Below are positions 41,601 through 54,827 of a stretch of 64,000 bases of DNA, in pieces. The notes below the pieces were generated by a model. The model made no database searches. It was not told the origin of the DNA and saw nothing but the letters and a program-made list of their open reading frames with translations. This stretch comes from Callorhinchus milii (taxonomy: Eukaryota). The translations under genes and the position numbers were made by a program. Numbering within the stretch: position 1 is the first letter of the stretch; each line of letters begins with the position of its first letter. The stretch spans positions 88,042,001 to 88,106,000 of the forward strand of contig NW_024704742.1 of assembly GCF_018977255.1 (NCBI RefSeq), in the 5' to 3' direction.

Positions 41601-42819
41601 GAGAACACAAAGCACTACTGCCAACCACAGTAAACCAACCCACCACCAAAACGGATTTATATATCAAATGTAAACAAGTTAAATGCTTTATATTTTGCAG
41701 ATTCTGTTGACAATGCGACTAAAATAATTTGGCATCATCTGACAATTAAATAGCTTTGGAAAGACAGTACAACATTTGACATAAAGGCAAACTCATTGGT
41801 AGCAAAAGAGAAGGAACAGAGACAAACAAATAATTTGACAGAGAGAAAACACCATTATAAGTGCACACCAATAAAGGTTCATAAATTTACTCTTAAGTGG
41901 AGAATATTATGTGCTTGCTGTTAAATTTGGTAAATTCACCCCACAAAGAGAAAACAACTCCAAAGTCTTAGAAATCTAAGATATGAGGAAAGGATAAGGA
42001 AGTTGAATTTGTTCCTTTGGGAAAAAGGACTACAAGGTCACCTGGTAGATCATAAAAGGGATAAATTGTTTATTATAGTGCAGATTTCAAACACGAGGGG
42101 ACAAGTTAGAAAATTAAGCGCTAATTTAATACTGTTTCTCAACTTCCACACAATCTTACATTTTCAGACATTTTAAGCTTTTAAGGACTTAGTTTCCCCA
42201 CTACGAAAAAAGGGCAGATGATCGGGTCATCAAGTCGCTGCTGACATCGGGAACGGAGGATGGTGGTGACTCAATAATCAGGAAATCGGCCTTTTAATTT
42301 GGTGCTGGCGAAGCACACAGTGAATGAGCCAGCTGGCTGCTCACATGTGCAGTGAAACTAGCCATTGTGTCTCGCATGGTTTGGAATTGTATGGGATCTG
42401 ACGAAGCTCCCTTGTATTTTGGTCCTCATATAATGGTTAGGACAGTAGCAAATGCAAACTGATGGAATCTCAACAACAAGGCTCGATCATGCACCTCCTT
42501 AACCACTCTCCAAGAAGTAGTTGTCTTGAGAAGAGTAGATTGAAAAGGTAATAAAATAATTTGAAAAAAGGTGGAGTTTCATACATATACAAATAAAATA
42601 TTTCACAGCAGAAATTAGTAACTGAAAGTTCTCTACTCACTTTCTGACTCTGTTCTTCACCTCTGGGTTCTGGCACTGGAACTGACAGGAAGCTGAGGGT
42701 GGGGAGTGCGGGAAAGAGCAGAGGTCAGAAGTGCAAACCATAGAAATTGCATTATTGCACAACACTGGGAAAAATTTTTCAAATATTCTTATACAATGTG
42801 ATGTCTATAGAGGAGAACT

Positions 42820-43210
42820 GATTGTAGGTTGCCAAAAGCCGAGACTTGGACCCCAGAGTTTGTATTGTGGTACAGCTGGAGTTTAACCAGGTAAAACGAT
42901 GTAGACTGCCATTGAGAATACTGTCTGTCAAGCTCCCCACTGCTTGTCCTGCTAGAACCATCGTATTCTTTTTGATTTGCAAGGTTAATAGGAGCTGAGT
43001 GGGAGTTGTACAGCAGATCCGCCTGGCTCAGGACCTGGATTATTGAGACCACCACAGAGAATTACTCAATTCTGATTTTCTGTTTCCATTGCTTGGGGCT
43101 AGCTCAGCTCCATGGAAACCCCACTTACTTCCCCTCAAAGGATGGGAGTCACTAGTTAATCATTTGATATTAACAAATGAGGCCTGAGCCCTACTAGGTG
43201 GATGGTAGAT
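42820..43210 (-). mobile_element. Further diverged 3' fragment of the same LINE family
   Basis: Aligns to 350-700 (GGTTAATAGGAGCTGAGTGGGA; ACCCCACTTAC; GGTGGATG). Confidence 0.65.
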
Positions 43211-43228
43211 AACGTTTATGTCTAGGTG

Positions 43229-46200
43229 TTTTTTTCAGTCAGCCAGGTGTCTGACATATACGGAAACCCATCACTGTGCTTAAGAGTATCCAAGCCAAGC
43301 TGATAATTCCATGCATCCCACCTACACATGGAAAACCCAGAGACAGATTGTTGAAATGGAATGCTCACTCTCTCCCTGGAGGAATGCATCCTGCTTACCT
43401 AATTCCGGAAGGTATTAGGCGCAGGTTAGCAAGAGCCAAAGCTTGGGGACCACAGACTGTGCAATGGGGTACTGATGGAGTCTAAACAGCTGAAAAAAGC
43501 ACAGCTTGCCATTGATATTGCTGTTTGGCAAGTTGCTTATCCAGCTAGAAATACCCTACCCGTTAGGGCTTTGGCTTCTAGGGTTAACAGGAGCTGAGTG
43601 GATTGACTCCCTGCCCCATTAGTCAATTTGGTTCTTTACAGGACAACTTATGATGTGCTAGCCACCTTGATGTTCTTGAGGCCCAAGTCCAATGCTCTGT
43701 ACCAGGCTTACTCAGCACCAGCTGCTTAATCCAGAATCTCATGCAAGGGGCCTTAACAAATGGACGTGCCTGCTGTGAAGCAGACTCTGCCATCAGCGTG
43801 CTTAACAGGGCAGTGTAGTTTGGAGCCCTCCCTCCCTGTAGATGCTTCCTGTGTTTGCCACAAATCCACCTCACTTTTTCATCCTGGAATTTGCAGATTG
43901 GTCAGAAAAAGCCTCTCTGCTGCATCCCCAGAAGCTCAGTTTCATAAAGGATCTGTTTGCCCACAGATCTTGTATGTCACAAGCTTGATCTGCATTGGGA
44001 CCTTGTTGTCCTTGAAGAGGGGTGAGCATGACCAGAGTGCCCTTCACCCCTTCTCAGCGTGGTCCTTCAGGACAGTGCCCAGGCTGAAGTTGGTGTCCAC
44101 CATGACCCAGAGGTACTACCGATAGGAGTCAACAATTGGGACTGATGCCCCCTGTACCTTCCAATCAATTGCCTCGATATCTTCCCTTGGGCTGTGCAGA
44201 ACCATGATTCTGCACTTGGGAGCGCCCATCACCATGTCCCACTGATTGGCCCAGTGTTCAAGAAGCGCTGCAATCGTGTCAGAGAAGCCTGGAACAGATA
44301 TACCAAGTCCTTCCCCCTTGATAATACATAATAATAATCCTTGCATTTGATATAGCGCTTTTCACGTCTTCTAGACGTCCCAAAGTGCTTCACAGAATAT
44401 ACTGTAAAGTGAATTGACTGTATATTTGTGGGTGAACGCGGCAGCCAATTGCACACAGCAATGTCCCACAAACAATCGTGGATTGAAAATAACCAATTTA
44501 TTATTGTTTTGTTTTTTTGGAGGGATTATTATTAGGCGTGTGGAGTAAGGAAACTTGCCCAAGGTTTCGCCCTGCCTGGAATTGAACTCGGGTCTCTCAC
44601 TTGCAAAGCGAGTGCTCTAACCACTGAGCTACAGGACTCCACGATGCCATCCAACACATCGTTGATGAACACATCGAACAGGGAAAGTGACAATGGACAG
44701 CCATGCTTTACCTTCTTTTCCAGAGGGATGGGCTCAGTAAGTCCACTGTCGACCCTTACACAGATCTTGGAGCTGGAGTACACATTCTGGATAAAATCCA
44801 GGATTTGGCCATGTACTCCCATGGCTTCCAGTTTCATCATGAGGCACTTGGTTGAAAGCCTTGCAAAAGTTGATCAACGCAACATAAGTGGGTTTCCCCT
44901 CAGCCTTACGATGTTGCGATCTCATACAGAGCCACAACCGGTCCCACACATTCCTCACAAGAACGGAAGCCAGAATGCTCCTTCCTGATCAAACCAGGAG
45001 CCTCCAATGCTCCAATGATATACATGCAATGACTACCAGAAGCACTACTTTAAGATCCACTGAAATCAGTGAGATCTCTCCGCAGTTATCGGTTACACTA
45101 GGGTCACCCTTCTTGTGGATAGACACCACAATTGGACTCTGGAGCACTACGGGGTGCGTGCCTCAAAGAGAATCTTGTTGACCAGGGCTCGGAGGGCACC
45201 TCCAAGGCAAATTGGGGGTTCCTGGCTTGGACCTGTACGATCTTCAGCGTTCTCCATCCTCAGAGCAGCTTTTAGGAACTCAGCATTGATGCCGTCCGCA
45301 CCAGCTGCCTTGTCATCGTCCTTGACTTTTTTTTAGCTTCACGCCGTGCTTGGTCGTAAGGTGCCTTTGCTACAGTTCTAGCTTGCGCCGGGGAAGGTTC
45401 CAGAATCGCTTTAAAAGCCTTCTGCTTTCGCCTAATGGCTCTCCTTCCCTTTGTCGTTACCCTGACCGGGCCCCGCTTCCAAGATGGCTGCCTTGCAGGC
45501 TGTAGCTCCAGTTTCTTTACAACCTCAGCTGCAGAAGAAGGACTTGGTTATATCTTCAATCGTCGAGTCTGCACTGTCAGCCCTCACGCTGAATCGGCCC
45601 CAAGCTTCATGTTCGGCAATACCCTTACATGCTGGAGTACCTCGATACATTCACTCGTAGCACAAGGCACACCTACGGATTCAACCTGACAATCACCCCA
45701 TGTCACAGAGCCAGTAGAAGACCAAGAACCGCCTTCTTAACACTGAAGGTGACGAGCCAGTGGTCAGAGGTTTCCCAGGAACGTCAAACAATGCAATTGG
45801 AAAGTCTAAGACGTGCCGATCCACTCACCACCACGTGATCGATTGCTGTTCCATTCTGCACTCCACACCAATGCTGTGTAATTGGTGAACCTCAGAATGG
45901 AAGTAGAGAGCACCGCTGTCGAAGGTTATTTTTTTTCCTCCACCTTTGAAGCTCCGGAGCAATCTCAAGGAGCAACGGGCAGTCAGAGAAATGTTGTGCG
46001 ACGCAATCCAGCAAGGTGCCCACGGCCTTAAGGACCTCCGGTGCTCAACACCAGACAGCCTTTGGGGAATGTACACTGATCCCCCAAGCCAGGTGCAGAT
46101 CCCCTGAAAAGTATCTTCTCCCAGATGAGGTTAGCAGAGGACACTCTGCCTTCCACTGCCAGCAGTCCTGGTTAATGATCAGGGACATGCCACGTGCACT

Positions 46201-46480
46201 ATTTCTCTTTGTGTCCATCGGTACTTCAACTACCTGGTAGCCATGGAAACGCAATCGATGATCACCCACCATCCCACCCGTTTCCTGGAGAGCAAGAACA
46301 CAAATTCGCTCTTGACATTCCATGTGGCAAAGGTGAGACCGAGCCTCTGAGAGATGTTCTTACAATTCTGATGCAGTGAGACTGCCGTGGCAGGTTCAGG
46401 TTGTTGGTCAGTACAGCATCTGACTGGGCGCACATATCATCCACTTTTGTGTCGACAAAGTGAAATCTATGTTCCACTAT
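43229..46480 (-). mobile_element. Near-full-length degraded non-LTR retrotransposon (AP endonuclease + RT, poly-A), not L2/CR1; possibly RTE-X-like
   Basis: Minus peptides TFATWNV, VLALQET, GSDHVV, PTYVALINFCKAFNQVPH, KLEAMGVHGQILDFIQNVY..VKHGCPLSLSLFDVFIND, GISVPGFSDTIAALL, WANQWDM..KCRIM; poly-T at ~43229-43236. Confidence 0.85.
44329..44640 (-). mobile_element. Full-length short-subfamily SINE inserted in the LINE RT domain
   Basis: SINE consensus separating ..DVLDGI from IKGEGLG.. Confidence 0.95.
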
Positions 46481-46719
46481 GGTACTGACTATTATTTAAT
46501 AGTGAATTATTGAATCAACCTATGGCTCATCATCATGCATTTTCCAAGTCTTCTTCAGTAACTACCTATTTGTCAGAAAGAACTGAACTTTGTGTACTAG
46601 ACCAAGAAATTAGTCAATGAGAGAAATAACCTAAAATTATCCCACAATCTTAGTTAAGAAAATCAGCAAAATGTTTATAACAAAGATGGGGGCAGGGGCG
46701 GTAGAAAGAAACTAAAATA

Positions 46720-46990
46720 AAAGTTAATACAGGCTATCTTAAATTTGTGTCAGGCCTGCATAGGTCACATTGGAGAACTGCATATAGTTTTGGTCTTGTT
46801 AGTTCAAAACAATTTACTCAGCTGTTAGGAGCACCATATTCCAAAATTAGCTACTAAATAATTCCAGAATTTAGGCGACTGAGCTATGAAGAAAAATGAC
46901 CACACTAGGACTTTTCTCTCACGAAAAGGAAAGACTGAGCTGGTACATGATGAATTCATATTTAAAATTCTGGAGAGTTTGGAAGTTTAA
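46720..46990 (+). mobile_element. Very old CR1 fragment
   Basis: AGGTCACATTGGAGAACTGCATATAGTTTTGGTC (RPHLEYC..FWS-like); CTGAGCTATGAAGAAA. Confidence 0.55.
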
Positions 46991-47432
46991 GTGTCTGAAA
47001 TTGTAACAAGTTAGAATTTGCTTCCCTGCCATAAAACGACCAATCCCATATTATTGCTAATATTGATCCCATTATCCTTCAAACCCTTTAGAGTGCTCTA
47101 GTAGGATTTCTTGCACCAGGATCCAGAGTCTAACAGGAATCCATTAAGTACTAAAAAACAGTAAGATCATTGCAGCAAATACCACACAATCTGGATTCTG
47201 TTGTAATACAATGCACAAATCAACTATTCTTACAGACAAGGAGCCTGGATTTACTCTACCTGTCAACATTTCATTGTGGAGGGAATAGCTGTCATTTGCT
47301 TGCTACTTGACCAGAGGCATTCATATGTTATTGCTGCTAGAAGCTGATGGAATCAAGATTAATGTTAAGACTCAAACTGACTCAAAATGTCAGTCTGTTC
47401 AAATGAGCATGGGGACATATTTTCATACTTCA

Positions 47433-48557
47433 TATAGAATCACAGAATTATACAGCATAGAAGGAAGCTATTTGGCCCATTGCATCTGTGCCAGCTCTTT
47501 GAAAAGAGCTATCCAAATCAATCCCACTCCCCCGCTCTCTCCCCATAGCCCTGCAAACTTGTCCTCCCCAAATAATTATCTACTTCTCTCTTAAAAGTTG
47601 TTATTGAATCGGCTTACACCACCCTTTCAGGTAATGCATTCCAGATCCCAATAACTCGCTGTGTGAAAAAATTTCTCCTCACCTTCCCTGTTTTTTTTAA
47701 TAACTACGTTAAATCAGTGTCCTCGGGTTACTGATCCACCCGCCAGTGGAAAAAGTTTCTCCTTGTTCACCCTATCGAATTCCCTCATCATTTTGAAAAC
47801 ATCTACTAAGTCGCCTCTTAACCTCCTCTGCTCCAAGGAGAATAATCCTGGCTTCTCTATCCTCTCCTGATAACTGAAGTCCCTCATTCCTGGTACCATC
47901 CTGGTAAATCTCCTTTGCACCCTCTCCAATGTCTTGACAATCTTTCTAAAGTGTGGTGCCCAGAACTGAACACAGTCTCCAGCTGAGGCCTAACCAGTGT
48001 TTTATAAAGGTTTATCATAACTTCCTGACTTTTGTATTCTATGCCGCTATTTATAAAGCCTAGTGTCCAATATGCTTTTTTAACAGTTTTATCTTCCTGT
48101 CCTGACACCTTCAAAGATTTACTTATATGATCCCCAGGTCTCTGTTCCTTCACTCCCTTTAAGATTATACCATCAGCTTATGTTCCTCTCCTCATTCTTC
48201 CTCCCAAAATGTATCACTTCACATTTCTCCACATTAAACTTCATCTGCCACGGTTCTGCCCACTTTACCAGTCTGTCTATGTCCTCTTGTTGTCTGCTAC
48301 AAGAGGACATCCTCCTCACAGTTTACTGTTTTTCCTAGCTTAGTATCATCTGCAAACTTGGAAATTGTACTCCCTATACCCAAGTCCAGGACATTTATAT
48401 AGATCAAAAATAGCAGTAATCCCAATACTGACCCCTGGAGAACACCACTGCACACTTCCCTACAGTCAGAAAAACAACCGTTCACCACCACTCTCTGCCT
48501 TCTGTCTCCCAGCCAATTTGATATCCATGCTTCCACTGTAATACCGTGGGCTTCTAT
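47433..48557 (-). mobile_element. CR1 LINE 3' 1.1 kb
   Basis: GVLQGSVLG..ISKFADDTKLG, LVRPQLE and RVQRRFTRMVPG..LEQRRLRGDL; (ATTCTATG)-type tail. Confidence 0.93.
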
Positions 48558-48963
48558 TCAATGAAGTACTTCTCCCACACTATCAGCATATATTGACTGG
48601 GACAGCTCGAATGCAGCCTTTTTTGAAAAAAAAGCCATTAAGGGAAGTCCAAGTAGCCCTGCACTGTATAGGAATTCCTCTGACATGACACAACGTGGCA
48701 ACTCAGACAGTTCAGGCAGCACACAAGAAAGCAACAAGCCTGATCCCAAGTGTTAAGACAAATGATGCACAAGGAATGATTAGCTAAGGTTCTTTGACCT
48801 CAAAAATATATATACATCTTGGTGAGTTCCTGTGAGCACCTTCTAGAAATGATACTTAATGGGATTTATAAAATAGCAGCAGATACGCAAATACTTTTAG
48901 ATACACCAAGACCCGAAAACACACGCTGCGTGGAGGGCACTATATAAGTGCTAGTTGTTGTTC

Positions 48964-50075
48964 TGTCCTTGAATGGTTCATATCCTGCCTCTCACACCGT
49001 CTCCACTTTGACTCTACAAACGGCTTCTCTTCTAGGCCCCGCACCGTCTCGTGTGGAGTTCATCAAGGCTCTGTCCTTTTCAATCTGTATATGCTCCCTC
49101 TTGGTGACATCATCCGCAGATATGGGGTGAACTTCCACATGGATGCGGATGACACCCAACTCTATCTCTCTGCCTCCACTCTTGACTCCAGGACCACTGC
49201 TGTCCTGACTGAATGTCTGTCAGACATCAAGTCCTGGAGGAGAGCTAACTTTCTACAGCTGAACGTCAACAAGACGAGCTCTCCTGGTTGGCTCCCGTCA
49301 GCGCCTCCACACCTCAGGCATTGGCAGCATCACCATTCATGGCTAAACACTCCACCTCCCTGAGCCATTCTAGAACCTAAGCATCTTGTTTGACCCTCAA
49401 CTATCCTTCTCCCCCACATCCATGCCATGACCCGCTCTGCCACTGCCTCACTCCTCAGGCCGGCGAAACTCTCATTCACACGTTCAAATACAAGGATTAT
49501 TATTACGCATCACATCTAGGCTCGACTATGCCTGCTTTTCAGCTTTCTCAACTCTTCCCTCCACAAGCTGCAGATCATCCAGAATTCTGAAGCTCGTGTC
49601 CTCTCCCGCACCAGGCTCCAAGATCCCATCACCCCCACTCTTGCCCAGCTCCACTAGCTCCCCATCCCTCAGAGATAGAATTCAAAATCCTTCTCCTCGC
49701 CTTCAAGGTCCTCCACAGCCTTGCTCCTTCCTACCTCTGTAACCTGCTAACCCCTTGTCAACCTGTTCTTTCCCTCTGCTCAGCAAGCTCCAGCCTGCTC
49801 CACGCGCCCCGCCCGGCCTGCCCCACCAATGGCGTTTGGGCCTTCAGCTTCTCCGTCCCTCTGGAACTCCATCCTGCATTCTGTTTGCCTCGTCCCCTCC
49901 CTTGCCTCCTTCAAGGCACATCTCAAGACCCTCCTTTTCGACTGTGCCTTCAGCCACCCTCCTACCCTCCACCCTCCCTTGACCTAACCCTTTTTGTCTG
50001 CTAGAGGCCAAATCCGTGAATGTCCAGCACCTTGGGATGTCCTCCTGCTGTGAAAGGCTCTATACAAATGTAATT
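48964..50075 (+). mobile_element. L2 LINE 3' 1.1 kb, degraded
   Basis: [25 protein letters not shown]; 3' tail CACCTTGGGATGTCCTCCTGCTGTGAAAGGCTCTATACAAATG. Confidence 0.9.
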
Positions 50076-50559
50076 TTGCATATGTGAATGTGGAGAGCCT
50101 AGGCAATCACTTGAACACTCTCTGATGCAGTGCCCCCTGTCAACATCCTGCACTCCGGAGAAACTATTCAAGATAAATGTCAACACCGGATCCTGGCTGC
50201 AATTTTGCAGCAACAAGCTATGATGATGACCTGACCAGATCAAGTTCATAAAGCTTTCCACCTCATATATCAATCATCTGGATACAGGAATGGGGGGGTG
50301 AGGGGGGAGGGAACTCTACGTTTGCAGATATCACTAAGCTAGGAAGTGTTACAAATTGTGTAGACGAAAGGTAGAAAATACAAAATAAAATAGATAGCAA
50401 GTGTGCAGAACTATGCCAGATGTAAGATTGCAAAATGTGAGGTGGTACACTTTGAATGGAAGATTTGTTTTTGGTCAATAGGGTCTGACACATGTGGAAG
50501 CCATTATTACCCAAATCAGAACTAAGAGTTCCACATATATATGTCACCTAAATAGACAT

Positions 50560-51360
50560 CAGCCTCGCTCAGTCAGTAGCACTCTAACCTCTGAGTCAGA
50601 AGGTTGGGACTTTGAACTCATGGCCTAGGCTGATATATTACTACAGTGCTGGAGAGGCCTGTAATTTTTTTTGGAAGTGCCATCCTTTGGATGAGACATT
50701 AAACTGAGGTTTTGTCTGCTTGTTCAGGTGGATGTTAGAGATCCCAATGTTACTATTTGAAAAGTGAAGGGAGCTGTCCTGGTGACCTGGGCAACAATCC
50801 CCCAAATAAAATTGATCATTTAATTTCATGGTTGTTTGTTGAACATTTCTGTACCAAATTGACTAATGGGGCAGGAAGTCAATCCACTCAGTTCCTGTTA
50901 ACCCTGAAAGCTAAAGCTGTAACGGGTAGGGTTGTCCTAGCTGGACAAGCAGTGAGAAAGATTGCCAGACAGCAATTTCAATGGCAAGCTATGCAAATTT
51001 AGCTGGTTAGACTCCTAAGCCAAGCCTTGGCTCTTGCCAACATGTGCTTAATACTTTCCGGAATTAGGTAAGCAGGATGAGTCCCTCAGGGAGAGTGCGT
51101 ACTCCATTCCAACAATCTATCTCTGTGAATTCCATGTGTGGATGGGATGCATGGAAATCTCAACTTCTTTTGGATACTGTTAAGCATGGTGATATGTTTC
51201 CACATGTGTCAGATACTTGTCTAGCTCCCCAAAAAAATTGACTAACATGTTCACCTACAACTACAAAAAACAGTTGCTCACTTCACAGTAGAACCTGTGA
51301 AATGCTTTGCCATGTCCTTCTGGCATGAAAGGCACTAAAACAAATGGAAAAATTATTATT
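50560..51360 (+). mobile_element. SacSINE-like DeuSINE split by the insertion at 50867-51234
   Basis: tRNA head at 50560, Deu box interrupted at CAAATTGACTAA, tail resumes at 51246. Confidence 0.75.
50867..51234 (+). mobile_element. 5'-truncated copy of the poly(A) LINE with 11-bp TSD
   Basis: Reverse complement of 43229-43620; A-tail; AAATTGACTAA at 50856-50866 and 51235-51245. Confidence 0.85.
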
Positions 51361-51384
51361 AACAATAATAAATTTCACGGTGTC

Positions 51385-51745
51385 TCGAATGGAAAATGCA
51401 TTCTCTCCCTGGAATGGATACATGTACCTGCTTACCTAATTCTGGAGCACATTAAATTAGCATTTATATAGCACCCTTCACGCAGGGCAGCATTTCAGAG
51501 ATGTTAGAGATTAGGCATAGGTTGGCGAAAGCCTAGACTTTGAGACTCCAGAATGCACAATGCAGTACTTTTGGAGTTCGACCAGTTAACACCACAAAGC
51601 TTGCCACTAAGAGTACTGTCTGGCAAGCTTCCCATTGCTTGTCCAGCTTGGGCCACTTTACTGATAAAGGCTTCAAGTGCGAAAAATGATTGCTCCCAGT
51701 GATAAGTCTGCCCTTCCAAGTTTAGTTAGGTTGGCTAGTCTGTCA
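51385..51745 (-). mobile_element. Fragment of the poly(A) LINE 3' UTR, interrupted by an L2 tail
   Basis: TCTCTCCCTGGA..CCTGCTTACCTAATTCTGGA; AGCTTGCCA..ACTGTCTGGCAAGCTT. Confidence 0.7.
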
Positions 51746-52847
51746 TCAACAACAACAACAAAATTACATTTATAGAGCGCCTTTCACGTCGGGAGGACCT
51801 CCTAAGGCGCTGAGGTCATCAGCAGTACCCAGGAGTTAAGTAAACAGTGGAATGGGGGTTGAGAGTTAGTTCTAAATGACAAAGCACTTTTGAGGGGTAA
51901 ACGAGACGAGAGATCTACAGGGTTCAAATCAATTAAACATTAAAATCTAGTTTGCAAGTCTAAATCCTGGTCTTTATTACAAAATGTATGACTGCTCCAG
52001 TTATAAAGAGCACTGGTCAGACCTCATATGGAATACTGTGCTCAATGTTGGGCACCTACCTTAGGAAGCATATACTGGCCTTGGAGGGTGTCCAGCAATG
52101 GTTCATTAGATTAATACCTGGGCTGCCAAAATCTAATAAGTTGGTAGAACTGGCTGGATAGACTGAATTGCTTCCTCCTGTTCCTGTGATACATCCTCTT
52201 ACGTGAATTCTGGATAAAGGTCAATTTACAATCCAATTCTTTAAAATCCTTCATAAATACAAAAACTATACATTGTTTAATAATAAATAGGGATTTGCTA
52301 TTGGCAGCAAATCTAAATTAATAATCAATACATATGAATTGTCACTCAAATCTTTTACAAAGATCATTGGAACTCAGATTGTTTGCCAAGTGCTTTAGTG
52401 GTATTACGTTCTCAGCAGCTGTGCTCAATTGATTTTACATTGACCATTGAAAGATGGCAGAGATGTGTTCTCATTACTGAGAAAGCCACAAATTAACAAC
52501 ATTTCTAGATCACTGTGTCTCTCTCCAATTTTTCTTTTTATAATTAATCATGATAAATTTACATTTAAAAATCCATATATAGTTTCGCTAACATCTCATT
52601 TGATAAAGTCAGTATCCTGTGTGTGATATTGGCACTTCAACATTGCTGACACTGGTAAGTGCACATATGTTTAGGAGTTTTAAGGGCAATTTTAGGACAG
52701 ATACCAGGAAGGTTTTCTTTACTCAAAGGGTAATCAATGACTGGAACAGGATTACCAGGAAAGGTTGTCGAGGTGCGGGCACTGGACTCAGCTTGATGTT
52801 GTGATGGGAGGATGGGAGAGTGGGTGTTCTGGAGAGAGGAGATCAGT

Positions 52848-53015
52848 TATAATAATAATCCCTCCATTTAATATAGCACCTTATCACGTCATTGAGACAT
52901 CTCAAAGCACTTCACAGAATATACTGTAAAGTATAAGGACTGTAGTTTGTAGGCGAAACCGGCAGCCAATAGCGCACAGCAGTGTCCCACAAACAGTCAT
53001 GGATTGAGTGACTTT
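52848..53015 (-). mobile_element. SINE 3' half (Deu box and tail)
   Basis: GGCAGCCAATAGCGCACAGCAGTGTCCCACAAACAG. Confidence 0.85.
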
Positions 53016-54479
53016 TTTTAAATTTTTTGTGAACCTTGATTTTAATTTCTGTTAAGAATTGCAGCACCACCAATGGGTAACAATAGTGAATCCATGTTAC
53101 TGTGCAGCAGTGAAGAAAAATATTTCCACTAATTTTCAATACATGTATCAGAAGCCATAGCACAATACACAGTAAATTGAGTATATTCTTGATGGAATAA
53201 AGTCAGAGAATATGAGATTGGAGGGGAGGTATGGGAAGCAGAGGAAAGAAACTCACAGAACTACCAGTTCTAAGTACTGCAGATCATTTGAGACCAAAAT
53301 ACTTTAAAAATAAATTTCCATTGCAGCAATTCAGGGCAATTATGCCAATTATTGTTTGGATTAAATCAAAAGCAATTAAAGATAAAACTCTTTATGATCA
53401 CAATTTTGAGTAAGGAATTATTAAAAAAAGTAATATAGAAATTATAAAAACTAATTTAATATAGAAATTAGTAACAACTAATTTCTATATTAAAGCCAAT
53501 TTCTAAAGATAAATTCAACGTCACTATTAACCGCTAATCAGAAGGATTCATGTGTGTGCGAGTGTCGCCTAATTAATTTCTACAACTTTAAAAAAAATCT
53601 GTAGAAATCTGTAGAACACACAAACAGTATTTCAGCAAATGTTCAAATGAATCATTTTCAAGTTGTTTTGGAAGTTGGTGCAATACTATCAGTATCTGGT
53701 TTGTATTTTTTCTTAAAAACATGCTGGAGAAATTGACTGAAATCTCTGAAAACAAGGCTTTCAATGAAAGACAAAAGTAGGAAATCAATTTATGGCATTA
53801 AAGTTGTTCTGGAATAACAAGTGCAAATAAAAAAAGTCAAAACACTGCAGCTTCCAAGTTCATTCTCAACAATGAACAACATCTACAGTATTTCCGAGGG
53901 TAATATTCTGTATTACGTTCTGATAACATATATAAGCAGCAGCCTCCAGGCTCCTTTATAGATTGCAATGCCACTACTGGCCAATCAAGAGCAATGGTTG
54001 CCAGTGTGAGACTTGTGTGTTAAATTGCTGAGATCAGTGTCTGAATCTGAATGCACAACAAAAGGAATGCAGTCACTGTACTACTGGCTCTGCTTTTGGT
54101 TGCTTAGAAACTCACCAACACCGTCTTTGTATCTATGGTTCAATTTTTGTTAAAAAAACAGCCTGGCATAAAGGGATTATTTAAATCTTTTACAGTTGCT
54201 AGGTTTTAAACAGAGGGATTTCATTTGTTTAAACTCAGATGATTTATAAACAACCCATAAAATTGTAAGGAGCTCTCTGTCACTCAGCTCCTCACACATG
54301 CTAAGAAGTGATTCATCACTGAGTTCTAAGTAGCGAGAACTTTCTCAACAAACAGAATTAAACTATCTACTCGTCTTAATTGTAATCTTTCACTTAACAC
54401 AAAAGGTATATACACCTCTAACAGCTTTTCATTTTCACCAAAAGGACATTAATGGGTCAGACAAGACAATAAACAATTG

Positions 54480-54827
54480 GGAATCCTGTAGGGTAATGGT
54501 TGGCACACTCGCCTTGCAAGCAAGAGGACCCGGGTTTGATTCCATACCTCACACACCTCTGTTTACCTAGTAGTACATAGGAACCCGGTTGTTAGTCGAT
54601 TGGCAGAGTGCTTTCCAGGGGTAATAATCCCTCAAAGAAAAATTCAATTGTGTGCTGGTCACTCAATCCACGACTGTTTGTGGGACACTGCTGTGTGCAA
54701 ATGTTTAGCCCACAAAATACAGTCAATCCATTTACAATATATTCTGTGAAGTTCTTTGAGACGTCCCAATGACATGATAAGGTGCTATATCAAATGCAAG
54801 GATTGCTGTTATTATTATTATCATTAT
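54480..54827 (+). mobile_element. Long-subfamily SINE
   Basis: GGAATCCTGTAGGGTAATGGTTGGCAC head; CCTCTGTTTACCTAGTAGTACATAGGAACCCGG; Deu box; tail. Confidence 0.9.
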
